The notes below the pieces were generated by a model. It was not told where the DNA came from and did no database searches. It was given only the letters and a program-made list of their open reading frames with translations. Positions 1-10,727 of a DNA stretch of 38,804 bases are shown piece by piece (position 1 is the first letter of the stretch; the number at the start of each line of letters is the position of its first letter). Source of the DNA: Candidatus Jorgensenbacteria bacterium (GTDB taxonomy: Bacteria > Patescibacteriota > Minisyncoccia > UBA6257 > GWB1-50-10). The translations under genes and the position numbers were made by a program. Location: NCBI GenBank assembly GCA_037444725.1, contig JBBILW010000003.1, positions 1 through 38,804 of the forward strand, read 5' to 3'.

Positions 1-2
1 AT

Positions 3-152
3 TACATCGTGCAATGGGTTTTCGCGCCGCTCGCATTTATCATCTTCGGCGCCTTCCCCGCGCTCGACGCACAGACGCGGCTCATGCTGGGAGGAAAATT
101 CAGATTAGGATATTGGAATACGCCGCGTGCCGCGCGCGCGGAACAGAAATAA
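3..152 (+). CDS. C-terminal end of a membrane-associated GT2-like glycosyltransferase (partial, runs off window)
   Basis: Frame 3 reads YIVQWVFAPLAFIIFGAFPALDAQTRLMLGGKFRLGYWNTPRAARAEQK*; PALDAQTRLMLG resembles the C-terminus of a common CPR GT2 family. Confidence 0.6.
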   Translation, partial: YIVQWVFAPLAFIIFGAFPALDAQTRLMLGGKFRLGYWNTPRAARAEQK

Positions 153-159
153 CCGCTTC

Positions 160-702
160 ATGCGAGAATATGTTTCCGATGCGATAGTGTTGGGAATAGA
201 GCCCTCGAGGGAATATGACAGGGCGGTGACATTATTTACGAAAGAGCTCGGCAGAATCCGCGCGCGCGTCACGGGCGGCGCAAAGATTCTTTCCAAGTTC
301 GCGCCGCATCTTGATCCGATGAACCGCGTTCAGGTGCGGTTGGCGCACAAAAAAGGATTTACGCTGACCGATGCGCTCACGGTGAATCGTTTTGCGGCGA
401 TGAAACACGATGCGAACGTATTCGGCGCGGCGCTGCGGATGCTCACGCTCATTGGAGCGCTTGCACCCGAAGCGGAGCCGGATGCGCGTGTGTGGCATGA
501 ACTTGTGCGGGCACTGGAGTGCGGGAAGCCCGACATACAAACGATTGCGTCGCACTTCGGATATGATCTTGACCGCGCGGAATGCGAGCGATGCGGTGCA
601 AGGCCCGCGCCATATTTCGCGTTCGCGACGCACGCGCTACTGTGCGCGAACTGCAGCGTGCGCATTCCGGAAAATGCTCTGCTATTATTAAGTGAGGCAT
701 AA
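160..702 (+). CDS. recO: DNA repair protein RecO (short)
   Basis: MREYVSDAIVL...EYDRAVTLFTKELGRIRA N-terminal OB-fold motif; C-terminal CxxC...CxxC zinc finger; ATG 160 preferred over 127. Confidence 0.85.
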   Translation: MREYVSDAIVLGIEPSREYDRAVTLFTKELGRIRARVTGGAKILSKFAPHLDPMNRVQVRLAHKKGFTLTDALTVNRFAAMKHDANVFGAALRMLTLIGALAPEAEPDARVWHELVRALECGKPDIQTIASHFGYDLDRAECERCGARPAPYFAFATHALLCANCSVRIPENALLLLSEA

Positions 703-705
703 CAT

Positions 706-2451
706 ATGGCACATAAATCTGACGAAGGTATTCGCAAAGTGATTCTCGGCGTTATCGCATTTTTCGTACTCGTCGTGATAGCATCGGGCGCATTTCTTTT
801 CTACCTCATGTTCGGCGGCGGCTCGCAGAACGTGGAACTCACGTTGACTGTACCCGCGGAAACAATCCGTGGTGTTCCGTTTGATGTGAGCGTGGCCATT
901 TCAAATACGCAGGAGCAGGTGCTGAAAGACGCGACGGTGTACCTTGATCTTCCGAAAGGTGCTGTCTATCTCGGGATAACAGCCGATAAGACGAACGGCG
1001 TTACCGAGGATATCGGTGATGTGGGGGCGGGGAGTATTGCGAAGCGCACCTATAAAGTTATTGCGGTTGATCCGGTGGGATCTAAGGAACCGATTCGTGC
1101 AAGTGTTTCCTATACGGGAAGCGGCCGCTCTCGTTTCAATTTTGAAGACAAGAAGGAGGTTGCGGTTACGGGAGACGGCGTCACGGTCAGCACGAAGATG
1201 CCCGACCAGGTCCTCCGCGGTTCCACGTTCGAGTTCGAAGTGGATTATAAAAACATTTCTCAGTACGACTTCCCTGATTTGGCGCTCAAGGCGAACTATC
1301 CCGACACGTTTCATTTTGAGTCCGCATCGTTCCCGCCCGATGAGGCGGACAGTTACTGGCGCCTTGGTGAGTTGCGCGCGAATTCGGCAGGGAAGCTCCT
1401 TATAAAAGGAACATATATGGGCGCAAGCGACGCGCCGCTTGAGATTCCGGTTGTCATGAATGCACAGTATCTCGGACACGATTATCCGATTGCGGAATCA
1501 TCTTCTTCCGCAGCGTTGGCGCCCTCTCCCGTCTCACTCTCGATTACCGTAAATAATTCGGACGGATATGTGGCGCGCGCAGGCGATAAGCTCACGTTCA
1601 CGATTCATTATGAAAACAAGAGCGGCATCGCGCTTGCGGATGCGGTGTTAACCGCGGCGCTCTCCGGCGACATGATTGATTACAACTCGCTGCAAACGAA
1701 CGCGAGCGTGAATGATATTTCCAAAATGCTCACGTGGAACTCCGCGAACATGCCCGTATTCAAATTGCTCGACGCGGGAGCTTCGGGAGATGTGACCGCA
1801 ACGGTCAGTCTCAAGAATCTTTTTCCGATTGAGCGCGTCGGCAACAAGAATTTCTCGGTGAAGGCGTTTGCGGAATTCAGTTCTCCGTCCGTGCCGTATT
1901 ACATGAAAGCGGGGAAGACAATGGCGGCAGCAAAGAGCGAAACAAAAATCGCAGGGCTTGTAGCACTTGAATCAAGACTCTATTTCCGCGATGCGGACGC
2001 GAACATCGTCAATCTCGGCCCATTCCCTCCGAAGGTGGGCATGCCGACCGAATATACGGTGCACTGGCGCATTCGCAATTTCTCGACCGATTTGAGCAAC
2101 GTGGTGGTACACGCACCGCTTGCGCCCAATGTTATTTTTGCCTCGGCAATAAAGAGCACGACGAGCGCTGTGCCTCAGTATGATTCGTCAACGGGATTGG
2201 TGACATGGAACGTAGGAAAAGTTTCGGCAACGAAAGGGGTGGTAGGCGATCCGGTTGAGGCGGTCTTCAAGGTGCGCGCAATGCCCGCAGCAACGGACGC
2301 GCGCCAATTCATGCAAATCTTGGGCGAATCAGCGCTTACCTCAACCGATGACTTCACGGGGCTTGAACTTGATACGCGCGCAGGAAGCCTTTCGACAGTG
2401 CTCTCCGACGACCCGACGGTCGGCCAGGACGGAGGCCGCGTCATTCCTTAG
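706..2451 (+). CDS. Membrane-anchored extracellular beta-rich protein (repeated Ig-like/DUF11-like domains)
   Basis: 581 aa; N-terminal TM helix; repeated GDKLTFTIHYEN / LTWN / VTWNVG motifs. Confidence 0.7.
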   Translation: MAHKSDEGIRKVILGVIAFFVLVVIASGAFLFYLMFGGGSQNVELTLTVPAETIRGVPFDVSVAISNTQEQVLKDATVYLDLPKGAVYLGITADKTNGVTEDIGDVGAGSIAKRTYKVIAVDPVGSKEPIRASVSYTGSGRSRFNFEDKKEVAVTGDGVTVSTKMPDQVLRGSTFEFEVDYKNISQYDFPDLALKANYPDTFHFESASFPPDEADSYWRLGELRANSAGKLLIKGTYMGASDAPLEIPVVMNAQYLGHDYPIAESSSSAALAPSPVSLSITVNNSDGYVARAGDKLTFTIHYENKSGIALADAVLTAALSGDMIDYNSLQTNASVNDISKMLTWNSANMPVFKLLDAGASGDVTATVSLKNLFPIERVGNKNFSVKAFAEFSSPSVPYYMKAGKTMAAAKSETKIAGLVALESRLYFRDADANIVNLGPFPPKVGMPTEYTVHWRIRNFSTDLSNVVVHAPLAPNVIFASAIKSTTSAVPQYDSSTGLVTWNVGKVSATKGVVGDPVEAVFKVRAMPAATDARQFMQILGESALTSTDDFTGLELDTRAGSLSTVLSDDPTVGQDGGRVIP

Positions 2452-2493
2452 TCGGTTGTCAAAGGGTGTTTTTTCAGTGTAAGGTATATCTAC

Positions 2494-3789
2494 ATGGATA
2501 TTTTCGAGACAATAGGCTCGCTTGCGAAACGCAGGGGCTTTATCTTTCCGGGTTCCGACATTTACGGTGGTCTCGCCGGCACGTGGGATTACGGACCCCT
2601 TGGCGCAGAGTTGAAGCGCAATATTAAGAACGAATATTGGAAGACGATGGTACAGCTCCGCAGCGATGTGGTGGGGTTGGATGCTGCTATTATAATGAAC
2701 CCCAAAGTGTGGGAGGCGTCAGGTCATCTTGAATCATTTTCCGATCCGCTTGTGGAGTGCAAGAAATGCCATCACCGTTTTCGTGCGGACCAAGTGGGGC
2801 CGAAGTGCCCCGATTGCGGCGGCGAATTTACCGAGCCGAAAACCTTCAACCTTATGGTGGAGACGTATCTCGGTGTCATCGAGGGGCAGAAACTCAAAAC
2901 ATATTTGCGCGGCGAAATCACCCAGGGTGTGCATGTGAACTTCAAGAATGTGCTTGATTCAACGCGCGTGAAGCTTCCCTTCGGCGTAGCGCAGATCGGC
3001 AAGGCATTCCGCAATGAAATCACGCCGGGAGGTCTTACGTTCCGTTCGCGCGAATTCGAGCAGATGGAGCTCCAGTTTTATGTGAAGCCCGAGGAGGAGT
3101 CCTCAATGGAATGGATGGAGTATTGGAAGAATGAGCGCATGAAGTGGTATCTCTCGCTTGGCATGCGCAAAGAAAACCTCCAGTTCAAGGGCCACGAGCA
3201 GCTGGCGCACTATGCACGCGCGGCATTCGATATCGAATATCATGCGGGTGAGGAATGGAAAGAGATGGAGGGCATCCACCACCGCGGTGACTGGGACGTG
3301 AAGAGGCACCAGGAGTACTCGAAGCAGGACATGACCTATTTCGACGAAGAAACCAAGGAGCGCTACTTACCGTGGATTATCGAAACATCAGGTGGCGTTG
3401 ACCGTGCGACCCTCTTCTTCCTTATGGACGCATATCGCGAGGAAGAGACGAAGCCCGGTGAGACGCGTGTGGTGTTGAAGCTTCATCCGAAGCTTGCACC
3501 TTTCAAGGCAGCAGTCTTCCCCTTGTTACAGAACAAGCCGGAACTCGTGGAACTCGCGGACTCAATATATAAGGACTTAAAGCAGGACTGGATGATTGCG
3601 TGGGACGCACGCGGCAATATCGGTAAGCGTTATCGCACGCAGGATGAGGCAGGAACCCCTTTCTGCTTTACCGTAGACTTCGACAGTTTGGAGAAGAAAG
3701 ACGTTACGGTGCGTGACAGGGACACAATGACCCAGGAGCGCGTGAAGATTGCGGATCTCCGCGACTTCCTGAAGAAGAAGCTTGCCTAA
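2494..3789 (+). CDS. glyQS: Glycine--tRNA ligase, alpha2 type
   Basis: RRGFIFPGSDIYGG, GKAFRNEITP, REFEQMELQ, GNIGKRYRTQDEAGTPF motifs. Confidence 0.97.
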   Translation: MDIFETIGSLAKRRGFIFPGSDIYGGLAGTWDYGPLGAELKRNIKNEYWKTMVQLRSDVVGLDAAIIMNPKVWEASGHLESFSDPLVECKKCHHRFRADQVGPKCPDCGGEFTEPKTFNLMVETYLGVIEGQKLKTYLRGEITQGVHVNFKNVLDSTRVKLPFGVAQIGKAFRNEITPGGLTFRSREFEQMELQFYVKPEEESSMEWMEYWKNERMKWYLSLGMRKENLQFKGHEQLAHYARAAFDIEYHAGEEWKEMEGIHHRGDWDVKRHQEYSKQDMTYFDEETKERYLPWIIETSGGVDRATLFFLMDAYREEETKPGETRVVLKLHPKLAPFKAAVFPLLQNKPELVELADSIYKDLKQDWMIAWDARGNIGKRYRTQDEAGTPFCFTVDFDSLEKKDVTVRDRDTMTQERVKIADLRDFLKKKLA

Positions 3790-3806
3790 ATCTACAGCGT
3801 AGAGCG

Positions 3807-3844
3807 CACAACGGACTGCACAAATCGCAGTCCGTTGTGTTTTT
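3807..3844 (+). terminator. Intrinsic terminator after glyQS
   Basis: 13-bp stem cacaacggactgc/gcagtccgttgtg followed by T tract. Confidence 0.8.
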
Positions 3845-3899
3845 CATAGGCTCCGCGCGGTCAGTTGTGAGTTCACGTCCGGCTCTGTATGATAGATTT

Positions 3900-5168
3900 A
3901 TGCAAGAATTTAAACGGTTAGTCTTGAAAAACGGCATGCGCCTTATTCTGGTTCCTGAGAAGCAGAGCCTTGCCACGCTTGTGGCGGTGCTTGTGGAGGC
4001 GGGTTCGAAATACGAAGTGAAGCAGAATAATGGCATCTCGCACTTCTTAGAACACATGTGCTTCAAGGGCACCACGAAACGTCCCGCGCCAATGGATATT
4101 GCGCGCGACCTCGACAGTCTCGGAGCACAGTACAACGCATTCACAAGCCAGGAGTATACGAGCTACTACGTGAAGGCGCGCAATGAAGTGTTCGATGAGT
4201 CGCTCGAAATAATCGCGGATTTATATCTGAATCCTACACTGCAGACGGAGGAGATAGAAAAAGAGAAGGGGGTTATCGCAGGAGAAATAAATATGTACGA
4301 AGACATGCCTCAGCGCAAAGTCTGGGACGTCTTCGGCGAGCTGCTCTACGGCAATCAGCCGGCAGGGTGGAGCATTACTGGCCCCAAAGAAACGGTGAAG
4401 AAATTCAAGCGCGATGATTTCGTTGCGTATCGCTCCCATCACTACGTTGCACAGGCGACGACGCTCGTTATCGCCGGAGGGTTCAACGAAAAGGGAGTTG
4501 TTGAAAAAATCGAGAGAGAATTTTCCGGCCTTCGCCGTTCGGCGAAGGGTACAAAGCTGAAAGTCATCGAAAAACAATCGCGACCCAAGGAGGCTGCATT
4601 CTTCAAAAAATCAGACCAGACGCATTTGGTCTTGGGTTTCCGCGCATTCGATGCGTATGATGAGCGCAAATACGCGCTTCAGGTCCTCTCGGATATCTTG
4701 GGCGGCGGCATGAGCTCGCGTCTCTGGCAGGTTATCCGTGAGGAGATGGGCGCGGCATACTACATCGGCGCGGCACCCGATCTTTACACCGACCACGGCA
4801 TCATCGCGATGTCTGCGGGCGTGCATCACGAAAAAGCAAAGGCGGTGGTGACCGCAGGCCTCAAGGAGTTCGCAAGAATGAAGAACGAGTTGGTTTCGCC
4901 GAAAGAGCTTGCGCGCGCAAAGGACCATCTTATCGGCAACTTCTTCCTCTCGCTTGAAACGTCGGACCAGATGGGCTATTTCTATGGAGGACAGGAGGTC
5001 ATGCATATGAAGCTGAAGGATCCGAAAAAGGTTGCCGCGAAAATAAAAGGAATCACCGCGGAAGATATCCGCGCTGTCGCCCGGGCTCTTTTCGTAAACA
5101 AATCTTTGAACTTCGCAGTGGTAGGCCCGTTCAAGAAGGATTCGTTCGGTAAACTGCTTACGCTTTAA
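3900..5168 (+). CDS. M16 family (pitrilysin/insulinase-like) zinc peptidase
   Basis: HFLEH inverted zinc motif, NAFTSQEYT, GGGMSSRLWQ; ATG 3900 sits 6 nt after TATGAT. Confidence 0.93.
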   Translation: MQEFKRLVLKNGMRLILVPEKQSLATLVAVLVEAGSKYEVKQNNGISHFLEHMCFKGTTKRPAPMDIARDLDSLGAQYNAFTSQEYTSYYVKARNEVFDESLEIIADLYLNPTLQTEEIEKEKGVIAGEINMYEDMPQRKVWDVFGELLYGNQPAGWSITGPKETVKKFKRDDFVAYRSHHYVAQATTLVIAGGFNEKGVVEKIEREFSGLRRSAKGTKLKVIEKQSRPKEAAFFKKSDQTHLVLGFRAFDAYDERKYALQVLSDILGGGMSSRLWQVIREEMGAAYYIGAAPDLYTDHGIIAMSAGVHHEKAKAVVTAGLKEFARMKNELVSPKELARAKDHLIGNFFLSLETSDQMGYFYGGQEVMHMKLKDPKKVAAKIKGITAEDIRAVARALFVNKSLNFAVVGPFKKDSFGKLLTL

Positions 5169-5171
5169 ACT

Positions 5172-6623
5172 ATGGACTCAAAACACTTCTACATCACAAC
5201 TACATTGCCGTACGTGAACGCTGCGCCGCACATCGGCTTTGCGCTCGAAATCGTGCACGCAGATGTCTTGGCACGGTTCGCCCGTCTTTTAGGGAAGGAA
5301 GTGGTCTTCAATACGGGCACGGACGAGCACGGCATGAAGATTTATGAGAAGGCACGCGAGGAAAAGAAGACACCGCAAGAGTACGTGGACGAATATGCGG
5401 CAAAATTCGATCGCTTGAATTTGGCGCTGAACTTGAGTTACACGAACTTTATCCGTACGACGGACGCGCACCACGTAAAGGCTGCACAGGCGTTCTGGAA
5501 GCGCTGCGACGAGAGCGGAGACATCTATAAGAAGGTGTATAAGGTGAAATATTGCGTGGGGTGCGAACTCGAAAAAACGGACTCGGAACTTGTCGACGGA
5601 AAGTGTCCGATTCATCCGAATCTCACGCTGCAGCAGATTGAAGAAGAGAACTATTTTTTCAAATTCTCAAAATACGAAAAGCCTCTTCTTGCGCTCTATG
5701 AGAAACACCCCGAGTTCGTCGTGCCGGGTTTTCGTTTTAACGAAATTAAGAACTTCGTTGCGAATGGTCTCGCCGATTTCAGCATCTCGCGTCTCAAGGA
5801 AAAGATGCCGTGGGGCATTCCGGTACCGGGTGACGAAAGCCAGGTCATGTATGTGTGGTTTGATGCGCTCATTAACTACATTTCGACACTCGGCTGGCCG
5901 GAAAAAGAAACCGAGTTTACGAATTTTTGGGGAACGGTTGAAAAGCCAAACGCATTGCAGCTCGCGGGCAAGGACAATCTCCGCCAGCAGTCAGCGATGT
6001 GGCAGGCGATGCTTCTCTCGGCGGGCCTTCCTCCCTCAAAACAGATTGTCATTCACGGCTTTATCATGAGTGGGGGAGCCAAGATGTCGAAGAGTGCGGG
6101 CAATGTCATCGACCCATTTGAAGCGGTGGAGCGATACGGCACCGATGCGCTCCGGTATTGGCTGACGCGTGAAATGAACACGTTTGAGGATGGCGACTTC
6201 ACGTGGGAAAAGTTCGCGGAGAGCTACAATAGCGGGCTTGCAAACGGCATTGGTAATCTCACGAGCAGAATTATGAAAATGGCATCGACAAACAGTGTCG
6301 AAGTGTTCCGCGAAATGGATCTTGCGACGCACGAAGAATTTAAATCGTTCCGTGAGCACCTCGCGGTCTACGAAATAAAGAGGGCCGCGGACGAGATTTG
6401 GAAGCTCGTCGGCGCACTCGATAAAAAGATTCAGGAGACCGAGCCTTTCCGTTTGGTAAAGACCGACCCCGACGCTGCAAAAGCAATCATCAAGGAATTG
6501 GTGCGCGAACTCTGGAAAATCGCGTTCATGTTGCAGCCGTTGCTCCCCGAAACGAGCGAGAAGATGCTCGCCATTCTGCGAAATCCGAAAGAGTCATTCT
6601 TACCGCTCTTCCCGAGAATATAA
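5172..6623 (+). CDS. metG: Methionine--tRNA ligase (short form)
   Basis: YITTTLPYVNAAPHIGF, GTDEHG, YVWFDALINY, KMSKS. Confidence 0.97.
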   Translation: MDSKHFYITTTLPYVNAAPHIGFALEIVHADVLARFARLLGKEVVFNTGTDEHGMKIYEKAREEKKTPQEYVDEYAAKFDRLNLALNLSYTNFIRTTDAHHVKAAQAFWKRCDESGDIYKKVYKVKYCVGCELEKTDSELVDGKCPIHPNLTLQQIEEENYFFKFSKYEKPLLALYEKHPEFVVPGFRFNEIKNFVANGLADFSISRLKEKMPWGIPVPGDESQVMYVWFDALINYISTLGWPEKETEFTNFWGTVEKPNALQLAGKDNLRQQSAMWQAMLLSAGLPPSKQIVIHGFIMSGGAKMSKSAGNVIDPFEAVERYGTDALRYWLTREMNTFEDGDFTWEKFAESYNSGLANGIGNLTSRIMKMASTNSVEVFREMDLATHEEFKSFREHLAVYEIKRAADEIWKLVGALDKKIQETEPFRLVKTDPDAAKAIIKELVRELWKIAFMLQPLLPETSEKMLAILRNPKESFLPLFPRI

Positions 6624-6633
6624 GAATAGAAAG

Positions 6634-6667
6634 AAAAGCCCCCTGCACATGTGTCGTGCAGGGGGTT
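6634..6667. terminator. Hairpin terminator between convergent metG and HAD genes
   Basis: ccccctgcac/gtgcaggggg stem with A tract on the left (T tract on minus strand). Confidence 0.7.
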
Positions 6668-6671
6668 CGTG

Positions 6672-7352
6672 TTACGCGGCAAAGCGCATCTTCATGTCGC
6701 CCTTTGCGAGCGAGAGGAGGAAGCGCTGTACGTCGTGGAAGTGGAGCGCGGTGTAGCTGGGTCGCGCCCCGCGAATGCGCCACGCAGGCTGGTAGCCGTA
6801 GAGCACGCCGATGGTCGTCATGCCGAGCGACTTCGCGGCAACGAGACCGTCGGCGCTGTCATCGACGTACACGCACTTGTGAAGGTCCACATCATAGTGC
6901 GCGAAGGAAAGCAGCTTCTTGCGCTTGTCTCCCGCGTCTGGGCAGATGAGGTCGAATCGATTCTTCAGGTCGAACTGCTTGATGCGACGCAACATGATCT
7001 CCCGGTCCTCGCTCGTCACGATGTGAGCGGGGATGCCCAAGTTCTTCAGGCGGGAGACAGTCTCGTCGACTCGCGGGAAGAGCCGGGGCTTCTCCCAGTA
7101 CTTCTCGAAGAACGCCATGCGAATCTTGTTCACGTCCTCCGCAGTGACGCGCTCCGGCACGCCGTGCTTCCAGTAGAAGGAGCTCATGTAGTCGGAGGAG
7201 ATGTCGTTCTGGTACACCGCGAGCGGCGGTGGCTTCAAACCATACGTCTCGAAGATGAGCTTCACGCTGCGGTAGACGATCCCGAGGTCGTTCAAGACCG
7301 TTCCGTTCCAGTCGAAGATTGCGTCGGTGAGCTGCATCGGCTTCTTGGCCAT
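6672..7352 (-). CDS. HAD-superfamily hydrolase
   Basis: AIFDWNGTVLND motif I, VTS motif II, YVDDSADG motif IV; start MAKKPM at 7352 after AGAGGAAG SD. Confidence 0.85.
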   Translation of the reverse strand: MAKKPMQLTDAIFDWNGTVLNDLGIVYRSVKLIFETYGLKPPPLAVYQNDISSDYMSSFYWKHGVPERVTAEDVNKIRMAFFEKYWEKPRLFPRVDETVSRLKNLGIPAHIVTSEDREIMLRRIKQFDLKNRFDLICPDAGDKRKKLLSFAHYDVDLHKCVYVDDSADGLVAAKSLGMTTIGVLYGYQPAWRIRGARPSYTALHFHDVQRFLLSLAKGDMKMRFAA

Positions 7353-7439
7353 AGCTTCCTCTTGGGAGTTGTGAGGGTTAACTGCCGTGTATATGAGCTG
7401 ACCATATGATATAGTAGATGTACATAAAGTGCAATATTT

Positions 7440-8234
7440 ATGAAATTTGTCCATATCGACGCCCATACCCATGTCCAATTCCCCGCATATGATGCGGATA
7501 GAAGCGAAGTTATTGCGCGTGCAAAAAATGCTGGAATAGCGATGGTAAATGTGGGGGCGGACCTTGCCTCATCGCAGGACGCCGTTCGTGTAGCTCATGA
7601 AAACAAGGAGGGTGTTTTTGCGACTATTGGCCTTCACCCAACGGAAGCGGAAGCCGCAGGCGTGTTCGATTACGAGGTATATAAAGCGCTTGCGCAAGAC
7701 AACAAGGTGGTTGGAATCGGTGAGTGCGGCCTCGACTATTTTCATGTGGAGGGGAATCTCGGAGACGCGAAAATCCGGCAGAAAGAGATATTTTTAAAGC
7801 ATGTCGAACTCGCACGAGAGGTCGGGAAACCGCTCATGATTCATTGCCGCAATGCGATGAGCGACCTTGTTGAGATCCTTAACTCACATAAGGACAAATT
7901 GAACCAAAACCCTGGCATTCTGCACTTCTTTACAGGAACGGCCGACGAGGCAGAAGAGCTCGCGCGATTGGGATTTTACTTCACCTTCGGCGGAGTAATT
8001 ACCTTTTCAAACGATTACAATGCGGCGATTGCGCGTGTGCCGCTCGACCGCATCCTCTCGGAGACTGATGCGCCCTACGTAACCCCCGCTCCAAACCGTG
8101 GAAAGCGCAATGAGCCGCTCTACGTACTTGAGGTAGAGAAACGGCTTGCGGAACTGAGGGGTATATCCGTTGAATCAATGGCGGGGCAGATTATGGAAAA
8201 CGCAGCTCGCGTATTCGGACCCATACTCGGATAA
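7440..8234 (+). CDS. tatD: TatD family DNase
   Basis: IDAHTH, GLHP, IGECGLDY, IHCR, SETDAPY, RNEP motifs. Confidence 0.95.
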   Translation: MKFVHIDAHTHVQFPAYDADRSEVIARAKNAGIAMVNVGADLASSQDAVRVAHENKEGVFATIGLHPTEAEAAGVFDYEVYKALAQDNKVVGIGECGLDYFHVEGNLGDAKIRQKEIFLKHVELAREVGKPLMIHCRNAMSDLVEILNSHKDKLNQNPGILHFFTGTADEAEELARLGFYFTFGGVITFSNDYNAAIARVPLDRILSETDAPYVTPAPNRGKRNEPLYVLEVEKRLAELRGISVESMAGQIMENAARVFGPILG

Positions 8235-8285
8235 TCGGCGTGAGCGCGATTGCCCAATCTTAAAGGCTTGAAGTACAATGGGAAT

Positions 8286-10724
8286 ATGAAGAAGTACGAT
8301 TTCGCGAAGATCGAGAAGAAGTGGCAGGCGGCCTGGCAGAAAAAGGGTGTGTATGAGCCGAAGCTCAAGACCGCGAAGAAGCCTTTTTATAATCTCATGA
8401 TGTTCCCGTATCCTTCTGCGGAAGGATTGCACGTGGGTAACATGTACGCGTTTACCGGTACTGATATTTTCGGGCGCGCGAAGCGCATGCAGGGCTACGA
8501 TGTGTTCGAGCCGATTGGATTGGACGGCTTCGGCATCCACTCGGAGAACTACGCGATGAAAATCGGCGCGCACCCCTTAAAGCTTTCCAAAATTTCGGGA
8601 AAGCGTTTTTATAAGCAGCTCGAAATGCTGGGGAACGGATTCGCATGGAAAGAGCGCCTCGAAACATACGACCCTGAGTACTACAAATGGACGCAGTGGC
8701 TCTTCGTGCAGATGTGGAAGCATGGACTCGCGTATCGTAAGAGGCAAGCGGTGAACTGGTGTCCGGGATGCAAAACCGTGCTCGCGGACGAGCAGGTTAT
8801 CGATGGGAAGTGTGAACGATGTTCGAGTGTCGCGGAAAAGAAAGATCTCGAGCAGTGGTTTTTCCGCATTACGAACTACGCCGAGCGTCTCTTGAACAAC
8901 CTCGCAAAAATCGATTGGTCAGAGCGCGTCACTATCGCGCAACGCAACTGGATTGGAAAGTCAGAGGGTGCGCACATTGATTTTCGCATCGACGGCCACG
9001 CGAACCATCTGATTCGCGTCTTTACCACACGCCCCGATACTCTTTTTGGCGCAACGTACGTCGTGCTCTCGCCCGAACACGAACTCATAAAGCATTTGCG
9101 CGAACTCATCGTGAATTACGATGAAGTGCAGAAATACGTGAAGGAGGCCTCACTCCGTTCCGAGGAGGACCGCATCGCGGAGAATAAGGAGAAGACCGGT
9201 ATTGAATTGAAGGGCGTGAAAGCGGTTAATCCGGCGAATGGCGCGCGCATTCCGATATTCGTTGCCGATTATGTGCTCTCGACGTACGGCACGGGCGCTA
9301 TCATGGCGGTGCCTGCACACGATGAGCGCGATTTCGCGTTTGCAAAAAAGTTCCATATCCCTGTAAAAATCGTGGTGAAGGGAGAATCGATTAAGCTCGA
9401 GGAACATCTTACGGAGGCATACACAGGCGAGGGGAGACTCGTGAATTCCGATAAGTTCGACGGCATGACCATCGAAGATGCAAAGTGGGCAATCACGAAA
9501 TTCGTGGGAGGTGAGCGCAAGGTGCAGTTTCGTCTCCGCGACTGGCTCGTCTCGCGGCAGCGGTACTGGAGCCCTCCTATCCCCATGATTTTTTGCGAAC
9601 ACTGCGCATTCAATAATCTTGGCGAACAGCGCGAAATGCCGGGTTGGTATGCGGTGCCGGAGAAGGATTTGCCGGTGAAATTGCCGTATGTAAAGGAATT
9701 CAGGCCCGAAGGAAAGGGAGAGTCTCCGCTTGCATCGGTTTCGTCCTTTTATAAGGTGAAATGTCCGCACTGCGGAAAAATCGCGCGCCGCGAAACCGAT
9801 GTGTCCGACACTTTCCTCGATTCAGCATGGTACTTCCTCCGTTATCCGAGCGTGGGCAATAAGAAAGCGGCATGGGATAAAGCGCTCACGAAGCGTTGGC
9901 TGCCCGTCAATATGTATATTGGCGGCGCGGAGCACTCTGTGTTGCATCTTCTGTATTCGCGTTTCGTAACGATGGTGATGAACGATCTCGGCTACGTGAA
10001 TTTCGATGAGCCGTTCACGAAATTCCGCGCGCACGGACTTCTCATAAAGGAGGGTGCGAAGATGTCGAAGTCAAAGGGTAATGTGGTGAACCCCGACGAG
10101 TACGTAAAAAAATTCGGCGCCGATTCGCTCCGCATGTACCTCATGTTTTTGGCTCCCTTCGAGCAGGGAGGTGATTTCCGCGACGCAGGAATCTTGGGTG
10201 TTACCCGTTTCCTCGACCGCGTATGGAAACTGGGCCAGCGCGTGATAGAAAAGAAACGTGCGAAGTCCGATGAACAGGTTGTCCGCGCGCTTCACAAAAC
10301 AATCAAGAAGGTAACCGAAGATATTGAGGCATTGCAGTACAACACGGCGGTCAGTGCGCTTATGGTATTCATGAACGAAGCGGAATCGCAGAGCGTCGGC
10401 AGGAAGGAATTTGAATCGCTCTTGAAGCTTATTGCGCCGTTCTCTCCGCACATCACTGAGGAGCTATGGACCGCGCTCGGCAACACGTCGTCAATTCATC
10501 GTTCTGCGTGGCCGAAATCCGACGCGAAATTCCTCAAGGAAGACACGTTTGACCTCATCATTCAGGTAAATGGTAAGTTGAGGGGCCGCATAAAAGCGCC
10601 GCTGAACGCGAGCGAAGCCCAGGCGCGCACGCTTGCAGAAAAAGAGATTCACGAATCGCTGAAAGGAGGAAAGATTCGCAAGGTGATATACGTGGCAAAC
10701 CGGCTTATCAATTTCGTTATATAG
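8286..10724 (+). CDS. leuS: Leucine--tRNA ligase
   Basis: MFPYPSAEGLHVGN, FTTRPDTLFG editing domain, SRQRYW, KMSKS; start MKKYDF at 8286. Confidence 0.97.
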   Translation: MKKYDFAKIEKKWQAAWQKKGVYEPKLKTAKKPFYNLMMFPYPSAEGLHVGNMYAFTGTDIFGRAKRMQGYDVFEPIGLDGFGIHSENYAMKIGAHPLKLSKISGKRFYKQLEMLGNGFAWKERLETYDPEYYKWTQWLFVQMWKHGLAYRKRQAVNWCPGCKTVLADEQVIDGKCERCSSVAEKKDLEQWFFRITNYAERLLNNLAKIDWSERVTIAQRNWIGKSEGAHIDFRIDGHANHLIRVFTTRPDTLFGATYVVLSPEHELIKHLRELIVNYDEVQKYVKEASLRSEEDRIAENKEKTGIELKGVKAVNPANGARIPIFVADYVLSTYGTGAIMAVPAHDERDFAFAKKFHIPVKIVVKGESIKLEEHLTEAYTGEGRLVNSDKFDGMTIEDAKWAITKFVGGERKVQFRLRDWLVSRQRYWSPPIPMIFCEHCAFNNLGEQREMPGWYAVPEKDLPVKLPYVKEFRPEGKGESPLASVSSFYKVKCPHCGKIARRETDVSDTFLDSAWYFLRYPSVGNKKAAWDKALTKRWLPVNMYIGGAEHSVLHLLYSRFVTMVMNDLGYVNFDEPFTKFRAHGLLIKEGAKMSKSKGNVVNPDEYVKKFGADSLRMYLMFLAPFEQGGDFRDAGILGVTRFLDRVWKLGQRVIEKKRAKSDEQVVRALHKTIKKVTEDIEALQYNTAVSALMVFMNEAESQSVGRKEFESLLKLIAPFSPHITEELWTALGNTSSIHRSAWPKSDAKFLKEDTFDLIIQVNGKLRGRIKAPLNASEAQARTLAEKEIHESLKGGKIRKVIYVANRLINFVI

Positions 10725-10727
10725 ACA

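Noticed and set aside
6651-7409. 252-aa plus-strand ORF
   Set aside because: Antisense shadow of the GC3-rich HAD gene; no recognisable motifs
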